Shown one piece after another: positions 1 through 12,800 of a DNA stretch of 64,000 nt. Under the pieces are notes generated by a model. It searched no databases. It was not told the origin of the DNA and saw nothing but the letters and a program-made list of their open reading frames with translations. The stretch lies in the NCBI GenBank assembly GCA_030141605.1, contig JAQGDQ010000156.1, positions 186,001 to 250,000 of the forward strand. Direction: 5' to 3'. A program made the position numbers and the translations under genes. The DNA is from Tubiluchus corallicola. Its lineage: Eukaryota; Animalia; Priapulida. Within the stretch, counting starts at the first letter, position 1; each line of letters starts with the position of its first letter.

Positions 1-858
1 TACAAGGGCCTAGAGCTCCTAGAAGTTAGTGCACAATAATTGCACTTTTTAGGTTACTAATGTGTTTTTAGAACGGAGTAGCGCAATAAGTACCGTTTTA
101 GTGCTCAAATTAGGCAAAAACCATTGATGATAAAATGAAAATTTGTGTGAGCAAAGTAAAGAAAATCATCGTTGAAATGAAGTGTGCGTCATTAACTGAA
201 AAAGAGGTGTCAAATGTTTAATGGTAAATGCTAAATGGGAAGTCGTTAAGCGAGGACTTTCTGTACTTAGCTTGTACAAACCTGTTTATCTGTTTAAAGC
301 ACTTTATGTAAGTAGAAAAGAAAATCCTGGCTCACGTCAATATGTGAAACTCACCTTACAAAGTGCACCCCTTGGCTCACCGTAAAACATATTATTAATC
401 TTATTGACAAGATAAAGTAATTTTTGCTATTGTTTAATTAATGAAGTCTGTGTGACGAATGCTGTGTGTGATTATTTTTTCAGTGTTATTTACCTACTTT
501 GTCAGGTGTTATTTAAACTTGTTTCAAATAACGTACCATTAAAATGGCTGCGCCTAACGGTCTTCGCGGAAGTTTAAATTTATACATTTTCTACAGCTTA
601 CTGTGCAAGCCCTTTATGCAACAAGACAGCACCATAAGTGATATAAAATTTCAAGACGAATTTTTAAACTTTACTTATGAAGAGTATTTTGTTGTGCTTT
701 TAGAATGTATAATTGTATGATTGCATGCGTGCATGTGCGTGCGTGCGTGCATGCATGAGTGTGCGTGCACACATGTAACATGGAAGTCAGTATCTTCATT
801 ACTGTTTCGTGATGATTCATTTTGTAGGGTGTTGTTAGCATTGTATTTTTGTTTTTAG

Positions 859-3800
859 TGCTCTTGTTACAAAAGTGTCCTATGTGGTATTTGGGGAGGA
901 GGACAAGCGTGTTCCTGAGTCACAAGATGATGGACTTGACACGGACAGTTTAGAGGAAAGCCTATTTGTTGAAAGTCAAGGAGCTCTGCAACTTTATCCT
1001 GCTGATGTTACATTTGATATTAATAAGCAGTATATGGTATGTATATGACTTTTAAGAATTGTTGAACATAAGGTTTTCCTAAACAACCCACTTTATTAGA
1101 AAAATTTAACATTTCTACTGCATACTAGCAATCATCATCTGGGAATATATATAAAGAAATATGAAAATCTTTCCTGTTGATGACTGTAGTTGTAACTGTC
1201 TACTGTAGTAGAAACGTTGCATTTTTCTAGTAAAGATTTAAAAAAAATTATTATCTAGCATGGTTATTTATGAAATATATTGTTCTTGTCATAAAAAACT
1301 TAAAAAAACTTCATAAGAAGATATGTCTTACTTATCATTTATCATTGTATTTGGAAGTTGGCATTATCATTCTATTAAGTGGTAACATATTTTCACATAC
1401 TTTCTTTGCGTGTCATTAAATGTGAAATGCCCCAATGCTATCCAGTGTGCCCCAAAATACATAAGTGATCTTGGACATGGTACTTCACACCCTACCTGTC
1501 ACTGAACAACAGATACAATAATTATCACCTCTTACATAAATAAAACAATGCTGATATCTTCACTTGTCCATTGTGTTAAGTCAAGATATATGTTTCAAAA
1601 TTTCATATAAGTGTTTGTGTCTAAGATAGCAAAAAATATAATTTTATGATTGTGTTGGCTAAAAGACGGGAATTTCTGCATATTCTGGAATTTGTGAATT
1701 GCTGGTATATATATATTGTGACATAGTCATTTTGTTTACATACAATTAATAGTTTTTTCTTTAAATGTTTATGAGACTGATTTTTGCCAGGGATAATAAT
1801 AAAATACGTTATGAAGGTGTATATGGTGCATTCATTGGCATTGTGGCAATGTTATTTCTGCTAAAATTGAAATTTCCAAATGGTTAGACGTGTCAGTATG
1901 TGCACTAGGATAACTGTCCTTAGCAATGAAATAAAACAGATTTCTTGAAAATTCTTCATTTGTCATAGCATTAATCTCATTGGTTGTGGTGATATCACAT
2001 ACATTGTCGTACTATTACAAACAAGGACTGCACTTCACCATTGGTAGCGTTAACCTCTCTCAAAGCTCACTCTTGTAAAAATTTTACAGAAAGGTTGTTT
2101 TGAAAACTGGCTTTAAAAATATAATTTTGTTTTAAGACGAGTTGTATGCAGGCATGTCGAAATATGTTGCATCACAGCTTACACATCTCTATCTTGCAGG
2201 TCTCTTATTGTTTTGATATTGAACTTTACGTCATTAAACTTTCAGTGTATCATCAGTGTGAAAATTTCTGCAAAGTGACAATTATTTTATTACTGTTAAA
2301 TTAAATCAAGCTTTTCTGAGGATTTTCAATTACTTATTGAGCTATTGGTTTAGTAATTGATTAGCTAAATTATAGCTTTAATATCAAAAAACAAAATTAT
2401 GTATTCTTTGTCATAATAAAACAATTAGCTACCACTTTTGAAACTTTAATGAACAATTTTAGTTGGAGCATCTTTCTTTACTATTTTTTTATACAGGTGT
2501 TTGTGCGAGGTGACGTCAACAACAAAAACCGGGCGGACGTGGAATCGGCCATTATCAATGCATGGTCGGCCTTGCTGCCCGATGTTGATCCAGCAAATAT
2601 TCAGGTTGTTTCTGCAAAGAAAGAGCAGTTTGTAAAGACCGGAAGTAAACCATGTTTCCAGAGCAACTGGTACTCTCTCAGGATTGTCTCCGAATGGTAA
2701 GTAACATAATTGTGACGGTGTTGTCAGGATTGTGTCTGAATGGTAAGTAACATAATTGTGACGGTGTTGTCAGGATTGTCTCCGAATGGTAAGTAACATA
2801 ATTGTGACGGTGTTGTCAGGATTGTCTCCGAATGGTAAGTAACATAATTGTGACGGTGTTGTCAGGATTGTCTCCGAATGGTAAGTAACATAATTGTGAC
2901 GGTGTTGTCAGGATTGTCTCCGAACGGTAAGTAACATAATTGTGACGGTGTTGTCAGGATTGTGTCCGAATGGTAAGTAACATAATTGTGACGGTGTTGT
3001 CAGGATTGTCTCCGAATGGTAAGTAACATAATTGTGACGGTGTTGTCAGGATTGTCTCCGAATGGTAAGTAACATAATTGTGACGGTGTTGTCAGGATTG
3101 TCTCTGAATGGTAAGTCACATAATTGTGATGGTGTTGTCAGGATTGTCTCCGAATGGTAAGTAACATAATTGTGATGGTGTTGACAGGATTGTCTCTGAA
3201 TGGTAAGTCACATAATTGTGACGGTGTTGTCAGGATTGTCTCAGAATGGTAAGTTACATAATTGAGACGGTGTTGTCAGGATTGTGTCTGAATGGTAAGT
3301 AACATAATTGTGACGGTGTTGTCAGGATTGTCTCTGAATGGTAAGTCACATAATTGTGACGGTGTTGTCAGGATTGTCTCCGAATGGTAAGTAACATAAT
3401 TGTGACGGTGTTGTCAGGATTGTCTCTGAATGGTAAGTAACATAATTGTGACGGTGTTGTCAGGATTGTCTCCGAACGGTAAGTAACATAATTGTGACGG
3501 TGTTGTCAGGATTGTGTCCGAATGGTAAGTAACATAATTGTGACGGTGTTGTCAGGATTGTCTCCGAATGGTAAGTAACATAATTGTGACGGTGTTGTCA
3601 GGATTGTCTTCGAATGGTAAGTAACATAATTGTGACGGTGTTGTCAGGATTGTGTCCGAATGGTAAGTAACATAATTGTGACGGTGTTGTCAGGATTGTC
3701 TTCGAATGGTAAGTAACATAATTGTGACGGTGTTGTCAGGATTGTCTCAGAATGGTATGTAACATAATTGTGACGGTGTTGTCAGGATCGTCTCCGAATG

Positions 3801-6800
3801 GTAAGTAACATAAGTAACAGTTGATATTTATTACCCAAAGGGTTTTTTATTTTTTATACATTGAATAGGAATGATTTATGTACAAATGCAGGAAATTTAG
3901 ATGTGAATTTAATTCTAGTGAACCAGTGACCGGTCTCAGCTACTTTGCCATTGTGAACGGTCATATTTTGGACCCCATGATGATGTTTGGACCGCCACAG
4001 CTGAGCTTGGACAACAGCCTGAGATTGTACAATCTGGCTTGCAACTGTCCGCATGTAGCTAAAGTGCATGAATTGTATCTAAACCAGCAACATGTACCAC
4101 GAAAAAGAGAACAATTGCACCGTGCTATTCAACAGGCATGGGACTCGCTAGAAAGAGGTAAGTGCATTACAATTTAGTTTACACATTCGAGTGAGTCGAG
4201 TACATTAGTGACTGACACAGATATATATTATGTAATGATAAGCTCATAATCATTCACTATGTTATTGTTATACAAGCAAAACATTGTCTATGTGATGAAA
4301 TCTTATTCTACCTATTATTATCATCTTAGAATATTGTCATCATTACAGAATTTTAAAAAGCACATAAAATCACACCTGTTTAGACAACATTATGGATCAT
4401 AGCAATACCTGTACATTAGAGTAAAGTATGTTGACACGATACTATGACTGCTTTGAAAATCGATTTTTTATTACTATTTACAATTAGTATGATTTCGTGA
4501 TTTTAGAATCACTAATTTCATAGTGACTGCGTATGTAATTTTATGTTATAACAGACCTTTCAATTATAAAGCACATCGAGATTACATGATGAGATGCCCT
4601 ATACAAATAATAAATTATTATTATTATGATAATTAGAATGCATTAAGGAATAATAAGAATAAATGTTCTTAATTTGCAACAATTTCATTCATGTAGAATG
4701 ATGATACAGCCTAGAAAGAGAGAAATCAGCAGTTGAAAGACATTAAGATCAAAAACTCTTACAAGTTCAGTATTACATTTCTACAACATTCAATTAACAC
4801 AAATATTGCTAATGGAAGTTTTTAGCTTATAAAATGTTATTATCACCTTTTAAAGCTGCAACACATAACATTTATATACAGTATATATCCAGTAAACCCC
4901 GGTGTTAAGCAAATTTTCGTTAAATGAAACCATGCGTCTATTAAAATGTATCGTAAATGTATGGGATGGATTTCTAGCTGCATCTGGCCTAAAGGAGCAA
5001 TATTGCCTTGATTATATTTAATGTTTTGGGAGTTTTATTACTTATACAACATAACATAGAAATGTAACAATCAACAGTTAATGCACAGGTATAAAACTAC
5101 TCACTGTTTATAATATACTAATAATTTTACATGTTAAATTTCAAAACGTGGGGTTTCCAAATCAATATATATATATTGTGGGTCATCAACTTTGTTCTTT
5201 TTTTGTTTTATGCTAACTGCTTATACTTGATTTCCTTTGCAAATGCAAATGAAATCATTGATTTGACGTCGCCAACTACTAAGCCTACACCCAGATGATG
5301 AAGCTGGCTGTGTGCATTGTCTCTGTGGGCTGCAGTTGAGTTGACCGCTGTACCCCAGTGACAAATTATGAACTGCTAGAACGTTAGGTGCTGTTAAACC
5401 ACATAGCCTTTGTTCGTTTTCCCCGTCTGTGACTTACTTTTGTCACTGTTCCTTTTACAGCACAGTAGCGTTGTCAAACATGCAATTATAAGTATAAGGA
5501 AGAGAAAAGCACTTCCAATAATCACGACGAGTAGCCATAGTCTGATGCTGTCCCCTGGGTCTTCTGTCGTCACAACGGTAGTCGTCGACTCCGTTGTCGA
5601 TTCTGTGGTTGGGGCTATGGTAGTTGGTGGCTCCGGAAATGGGTTCAGGTTTAACGTGGCTGAGACTAAGTTGGATAAACCACTTCCGGCTTCCTGGTCA
5701 TCATAGGTGATTACGGTATACCATAGTGTGAATTCTCCTGAAATTGAAGATTACAACTAATAAAAAATTTGATACAAAACTGTCACTACTATTGTCATAT
5801 TACAGCGTGTGGTTGAAAACTTGACTTTGTACGCATTACACAAGTTCTGAATCCCAGCATTATACAAAGTTAAACTGAGGTCTTTGGCTAACAAGTCATT
5901 GTTAATTTTAATGCAGTGAGCCTTGCCTGTTCTTCCGGCTTTAATGACGAGTTTTTCTGCTCCTCCAGACTTCCTTGGTGACGACAAATCTGTTTCGGAA
6001 CCTTCGGCCAAGTGCTTTTCTTCAATTTTTGTTTGGTTTTCTGTTTGGTCATTCAGCGCATCAAAGTCGTCGCTCATGTAGACTTCATATCTAGCAGCTA
6101 AAATGGTATAACTTGTAAACGATTGTAGAAATTAATCAATTGATGTTTTTCCTGCTTTGTCAGAATGGTAACATTCTTTAAATATTAAGGATTAGACATT
6201 ATATCGGTCCAAATAAATACAACTTATAATATAAGTACACGCTGTTGCATGCACGAACACGTGCACTCACGCAGCACACATACACACACATGCATTAAAA
6301 TCTCAAGAGCTTAAACCAAACTTTGGCCATTGAGTGTTTTCTGCCATAGTTGCTCAGATGTAACTTATCTGTCACTGCAGTTGAAATTTTTTAATGTAGA
6401 TATTTAATACAGACGAAGGTGCAGTTGAGACTCGAGCGTCCTTAGATACCCGAATAGAGACATAACACGAATCAACACTTTTTTGTGTTGCTACCGTAAG
6501 TTTCCCCCTACTATCATAGGTACAGGTAGCTCTGTTGGATTGTGTGCTGCAAGAAGGTAATTTCGGTCCTGCTCTGTCATGTTGACTGGTAGTTCAGTTG
6601 GCAGAACATGGGTAGTTATCCCGGGTCTCGAGTTCAAATCCTGACTAGTCCATAATTTTTCAGCATCTCCTTTCTTTCTCCAGCTCATTATCCACAATGG
6701 GTGGTAATTGTTAAAATAAGCAACAGTGGTTTATGAACATTCTGGCAATAACAGTTGTAATCTATGACTAACTAATTAATGATATGAATATTATAATCAT

Positions 6801-9800
6801 ACCTGTTCCAGCATCAAGATCCTTTCCTGGTGCAGTCCATTCTATTGTAACAGTAGCATTTTCTAAATCTATTTTTGTCACTTTTAAGTTTTTAATGTCA
6901 CTCGGAGGATGATTCACTGACCCTGTAATCATACAAAAATAATAATGCTGGTATTCCACTTTACTATTCCATTTGCGACATTTTCACAGCAGCCATGAGT
7001 TCATATCTTCCTGAAGATACGTGAGCACTCTTTTCTTGAAAATAATAAATTTGAAATGATTAATATGCATAGTTTGCATTTCGTTTTAATATTTCTATCA
7101 TTAGTTCTCAAACTGAGCAAGTATTAAGTACATGCATTATGAAACAGAAACTACGTTTTCAAAGCAGTCAATACTAAGCACCATGTATGCCATTCATCTT
7201 AAATTAGTTTTTCAAGGCATCTTGTACCTGGTGTGTATCCGTCTGGTACGGAAAATGAACCGGCCGTTGCAGATCTTTGCAATCCTTCAAGAACTATGTC
7301 ATTACTACGTTTCCTCAAATAGTTTTGCACCCCTCGGCCCACAACTCTGTCGGGACTAACGATCGTGTTTGCTCCATCATTGCTTACTGATACCTGCAAA
7401 TTTGTTTATGTAAGATTAAAATCAGAGTTGTACTTATTGCCATCTGTAAATAACTATTCTGATGAAACTAATTAAAGAACTTTCTAACCTTGACAGTGTA
7501 CCGTCCACCTCGGTTGAAGTCCAAAAAGAAAGCTGAGTATACTCCGTCGTGCCTTTTTACATCGGCAGCTAAAAAATGAGAGTTTCTACTTTCAGTGTTC
7601 AAGATATGTAACAGTCTGCAAATTAATATACACAATGTGAACAAACATACAACAACTTTGACAGTCCTCATTCTACATGCTCAGATCATTAGCACTGGAG
7701 TGCAGCACTGACTTAATGTGCTCCTAGTTTACCGGGACCAAATGTGCCGGCATCGAGAGCTTTTGTTTTGTGGTTTTCTTAACTTAACCTTGCAGTAGTT
7801 TCATACAAACTCATTTTTCATACAATTTTGATTGGATTCTTTGAAAAAAGTTCTGTGCAATAGAAGCCTTGTAGTTCAGTTTGCTTGGAGCATTTTATTT
7901 AAATTATGATGTTCAGAACTCAGAGTCAGAATTAGAATTACATCAAAAAAAAAAGTTTACTGAAATGTGACATTTTGATACAAAACTGCGTCATGTGGCA
8001 TTCAAAATTTTTGTCGTTTTGCAGCTATACCAACAATGACCTACGTGACAGTAATTCTTGCATATGTAAACTAGTTTACCTGATCCAGTGTCATATAATT
8101 TTAGCTCTACTATGCTGCTACCTGGTTGTTCAAGCTTGGCAAATGCTTTACCCACATGACAGTAATTTTTGCATAACTACTTTACCTGATCCAGTGTCAT
8201 ATAATTCCAACTCTACTGTGCTGCTACCTGGTTGTTCAACTTCGGCAAATACTTTAGCTCCTAATACTGGAAACACACCTACGATAGAACAGCATCTTAT
8301 AATCATATTGTTACAACAGCCACTGAAAATAACATGGTTTTGTTGAAAACTCCTACGACTCAATCTAAACATTTCAACATTTGCTCAAGTTATCGTCAAG
8401 AAAAAAAATATACACCTTAAAAACAGAGATAGTACAGTTAGTGCTAATAAAAAAATTGACGATTAAAAAATATGCAAATGAAATTTTGTAAACCGTCAAT
8501 TAGACATGTGATGAGGTGAGATGAATACATTGTGTTTAAGCATAGACAGTAAATGGGTTAACCTACTGGTATAGACATTTAGAATAGTATTGGAAATTTA
8601 AATTTAAATTCTAATTAATATAAAAAAGTAGCCATTTGCATCTTAGTACAAGTACCACAGGAAACAGGAATAAGAAACTAAGTTGAAACAGCGGATGTTA
8701 CAAAAACAGAAAGAAGATGACCATGGAACTTGACTATAGAACAGGGACAAAGGCAAAGATTAAGACTGTGTTTTAAGAGAAGTCCCACCTGGGACAATAA
8801 GAAGATTCTTCATCAATAGTTGAGTGTCAGTATAGGATAGCACTTCAAAACTGTCCATTGTGCCCCAAATACTAAGTAATCTTGGCCGGGTGTGTGTGGG
8901 ATATTCAGTGGCATTGTGGGAATGTTATTTATGCTGAAATTATAATTTCCACGTGGTAAACATATCAGTAGGTGCACTAGGTTAACTCACTTTGCAAACG
9001 AAATAAAACAGATTGCTTGAAAATCCTTTATTTCTAGTATCTTTAATCTCATTGGACGTGGTGATCTCACTTACCTTGTCGTACTATTACAAACAAGGAC
9101 TGCACTTCACCGTTGGAAGCGTCAACCTCTCTCAAAGCCCACTCTGCTTCCACTGTTATCGGTGTAATGTTGTAACGCGGCAGAGTTGTTATCATCACAA
9201 TAACATCGAGTGCATTTAAATGATAATTGTCAATCCTGCATGCGTATGATCCTGGCTGCAACAGGTGATGTAAATCTTACATTGCAAGAACTGAGTATAT
9301 TTACCCGACTAGACTTACTTTGATTCAAAAACAAAACAGAAAAAATCACTTTACATGTTGTGGTAATGAAACAATGTTATGATGGCATGACAAAATTACT
9401 ATTAACGACATAAACTGATGACTTCAGTGCAGCTCAACCGAATCAGAAATCTGCGTTGACATATTAAAGTTAAACTGGTCAAGTTCACCTAACATATGTA
9501 ACACTTATAAACTGGATGGGGGCCTGTTATACCAACCAACAACGACTGATATTTCATAACAATTATAGGCAGGTATTACATAGAAAACAATGCAGTGAAT
9601 TACTGAACTACGGAGAAATAGTTACAGCTCATTTAGGTTTTCACAAGTCCATAGGAACTAAGACTGAAGACATGCTGACATGCTCACTACGCATGTCACA
9701 GAAGGATAATTTAAGCGTAGTCATTTAACTGTGATGTATGAAATTCTGCAATTAATGCAGTTGCCAATGTTTGTCACAAGGATAGATATGAAAAAATCTC

Positions 9801-12800
9801 TGGTGTTTTTATCATTATTTTATTCCCTACCATACTTGCTAACTTTTAATTCTCACACGCTTGGTTACTGAATAATTGTAGTACTAACTGCACTGATTAT
9901 TCTAAAGTTCCGATCATAAAACCAAGTTTAAAGATTTCTTTCATCTACTCACGCCTGCATCAGGCATTTGTATGTTTACATGCTTGCTTTCTAAATTCCA
10001 ATCGTACTCTGGTGATCCTAGCGTTATGACAGTTCCATCCGGTTTTGCTATTTTCACAATGATAGGTATGTAATTTGGTAGGGGAAGTCCATGTGCATCA
10101 GAGTATGTTAATGAAAAATACGTGTCTATTCCCACAGTATTGTCAATGTAGATCTCAAATTCTCTAGACGTGTTTTGTGCAATTGATTGCTCGACTTTGC
10201 TGAGTATCTCAATTCGAGTTTCCGATGAGTCTAAATTAAACAATTAATCGTCTTTGTAGTCAGACAGACAAAAGTAACATGACAATAATAGACAAACAGT
10301 TGTTTGTAACGTTGATCTCAGGGGGCTGTCTTGTTTAAATAAATGCCTTTTATTTTAGATTTATAAGATTTTAAGGTAAATGAGGACATGGCAGGTGAAT
10401 TTCATTATCATTCATAATCCAACAAATACTTTAAATTATTAAAAACACATTATTAAATTATTAGTAAGTAGTCACTAAAATCAAGACATCAGTGGCATTT
10501 AGTTATTCTTTTGCTTCTAATAAACATAAGTTTTGGTTGAAATACTAGTAATCTTGAAATTCTATGCAGCTTTGCTGCATTTAAAATTCCTACTGGTCTT
10601 GATTTTTGCTAAAACAAGTCTTTTATTTGTGGTGTTTTGTACTTTTTTTGTGTCATTTTAATTAAAAATAACATTTTTATCTTAATAATCAAAAATAAAC
10701 TAGAGCGATGAAATTTAAATTATTTAGTGACAGTTACCACTTCCATGTTGAGAAATAGCTAAAAAAGCTTGATGCAGGCTGACAGCTGTAACACTGTCAC
10801 TGAAGAAATATTCAAGGCCTCCTGTTCTGTTCGATAATATTTCTAAATTGTTGGTTGCGCTTGATGTAATTGCAATTGTGTGCACGATTACATGTTCCTT
10901 AACAACCTGAAAAGATATGGTTCAACATTAGCCTTGAATTAAAAAGCTGAAGAATCTGCAAAAGCAGCAAATGGCAAGAAAAGTGGTTCCATTGCGTGGA
11001 GCAGTTCCTTTTTAGCCACCTACATCAATATCTACATAGCTGTGTTATATATAGTATTTAGCATCTACTTTGGCTTAGATACATAAGCACGACCACAAAA
11101 TTTAGCAACATACATGTGAATGTATTTGAATGGAAAAGCTCCATTGTAAAAACAATTTCATCGAATTCAACTCTTTTTCTTCTCCTTCTCAACCACACCC
11201 CATTTTCTTTTAGGAATTCTGTCCTGCAATCAATACATTTTATCTTCATCAGCCTGTCTACCAATGTCCATGGCTCTGTTTAAAGCAGGACTGACCTCAC
11301 AAATGCCTTGTAAATCCCTCCTCCACTCCCCAGTGAACTTGTAGATTTTGCACGCCAAAGTTGCACAGGTCTGCCAACATTAGGCAGCACTTGGGTTAAA
11401 CATCGAACGTTCGAGTTCGATTCGAAAAATTTTCTTAATTCGAATTCGATTTGAACCTCAAATTATGGATTTGAATAATTCACCACCTTCAACTACATAC
11501 GTTCTTTATCATTCAAACGCTGTTGAGACAGCATGCAAACAGCACGATTTCTGTGCACAGTTTTTAAACAAATATTTGTGTTTTTCCTGCAAATCAAAAT
11601 CAAGTAATATGCATGATATTTGTGAGACTGCTTTTTATATATTCGAAAATCGTATTCAATTTGGATTTGAAATCTTCAAATTTTTTTTATTCGAGTTAAA
11701 AAATCAGAAGTTCAATTCGATTTGAATTGGCTTTCTAGTAGACAATGCCCACCTCTACCCAGCACTCCAATGCATGCAGCAAGATTTCAAGCGGAGATGA
11801 AAACATTGAAAGAAAGAGGATGCTCAAAGGGTTTTCAAACGTCAATACAAATTAAACAAATGACAGAAACCAAGGGACAGGCTTGGTCAGTGGACTAGTA
11901 TGATAATTACCTCATCTATTACGTCACGGATGTATGGATAACTGTTCTCTATTCCGTCACTCATAACAATTAGATAGCTTCCCTTGATGTTTTGTGTACC
12001 TTGTTTTGATAGTACTTCTAATCCCTTCAGCACTCCTGCAGATATATCGCATGTATTAGTGGGCTTCTATATTATGCTGATCATTACAAGATCTATCGTG
12101 AAATCCAAAGATTGGAGTCCACGTACGAGTAAGGCGTGATGCATGATCCATGATGTGTATTGCATATACAACAGTTTGTACTTGAACATATATTTTCCAT
12201 GTGTACGTTACGCGCTCTCCATGCAGAGGGGAAACTTTTGTTGCTTAGGTGATTTAGCGAATTTTCAAGTTTTCGGTGACCAGTCTCCCGACTGGCTTCC
12301 TGGTCGGGTGAGTTATGGTCACTTCAGGACCTACCCACACAAATATTTCTACCACTTGAGCTTTTGAAAGTGGAAGAAGTGCATATTTATGTTGTTCTAC
12401 ATTTACTTGCAGTTCCTTCACTAAGTGATGATACACGCTATATTGTTCTCTTCCCTGCAAAATGTTAGGCACCCAAATGTGTGCTTTCTGTTAAAATCTT
12501 CTAATGACACAATGGTAAGCTAATGCCCACCACTCTGATTATTTCTTGATCACGATTTGAAAATTCGATAAACTTCCACTTACTATTATTTGCAATTGCA
12601 GTTTCAGACAGTGCATTGCTGGCTGTGACCCCAGATGTGCACAGCAGTCCTACCTTAATTACTTACACTAGACAATACTCAGAATTTTTTCCTTACCTGC
12701 CCCAATAGATGTACCTCCATTTGCACTGTCAGGCAGTGCATTGCTGAGTGTGACTCTAGTTGTGTTATCAATAAACAACATTTCCGATAGGACGGTTGCA

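Noticed and set aside
2681-3813. CRISPR-like appearance of the regular 46-bp array
   Set aside because: There are no unique spacers and no cas genes, the whole unit repeats, and the context is a eukaryotic intron.
5410-5706. Plus-strand ORFs overlapping CLCA exons (also 13066, 14292, 15439, 17130 and others)
   Set aside because: They are antisense shadows of real minus-strand exons and recur only because of the duplication.
6585-6655. Functional tRNA gene
   Set aside because: Only A/B-box-like motifs are present; I could not build a convincing cloverleaf, and the homologous copies are degenerate.
11390-11735. ttcgaa-rich palindromic patch (also about 25955-26270)
   Set aside because: Probably a decayed MITE copied with the duplication; I could not define termini or a TSD.
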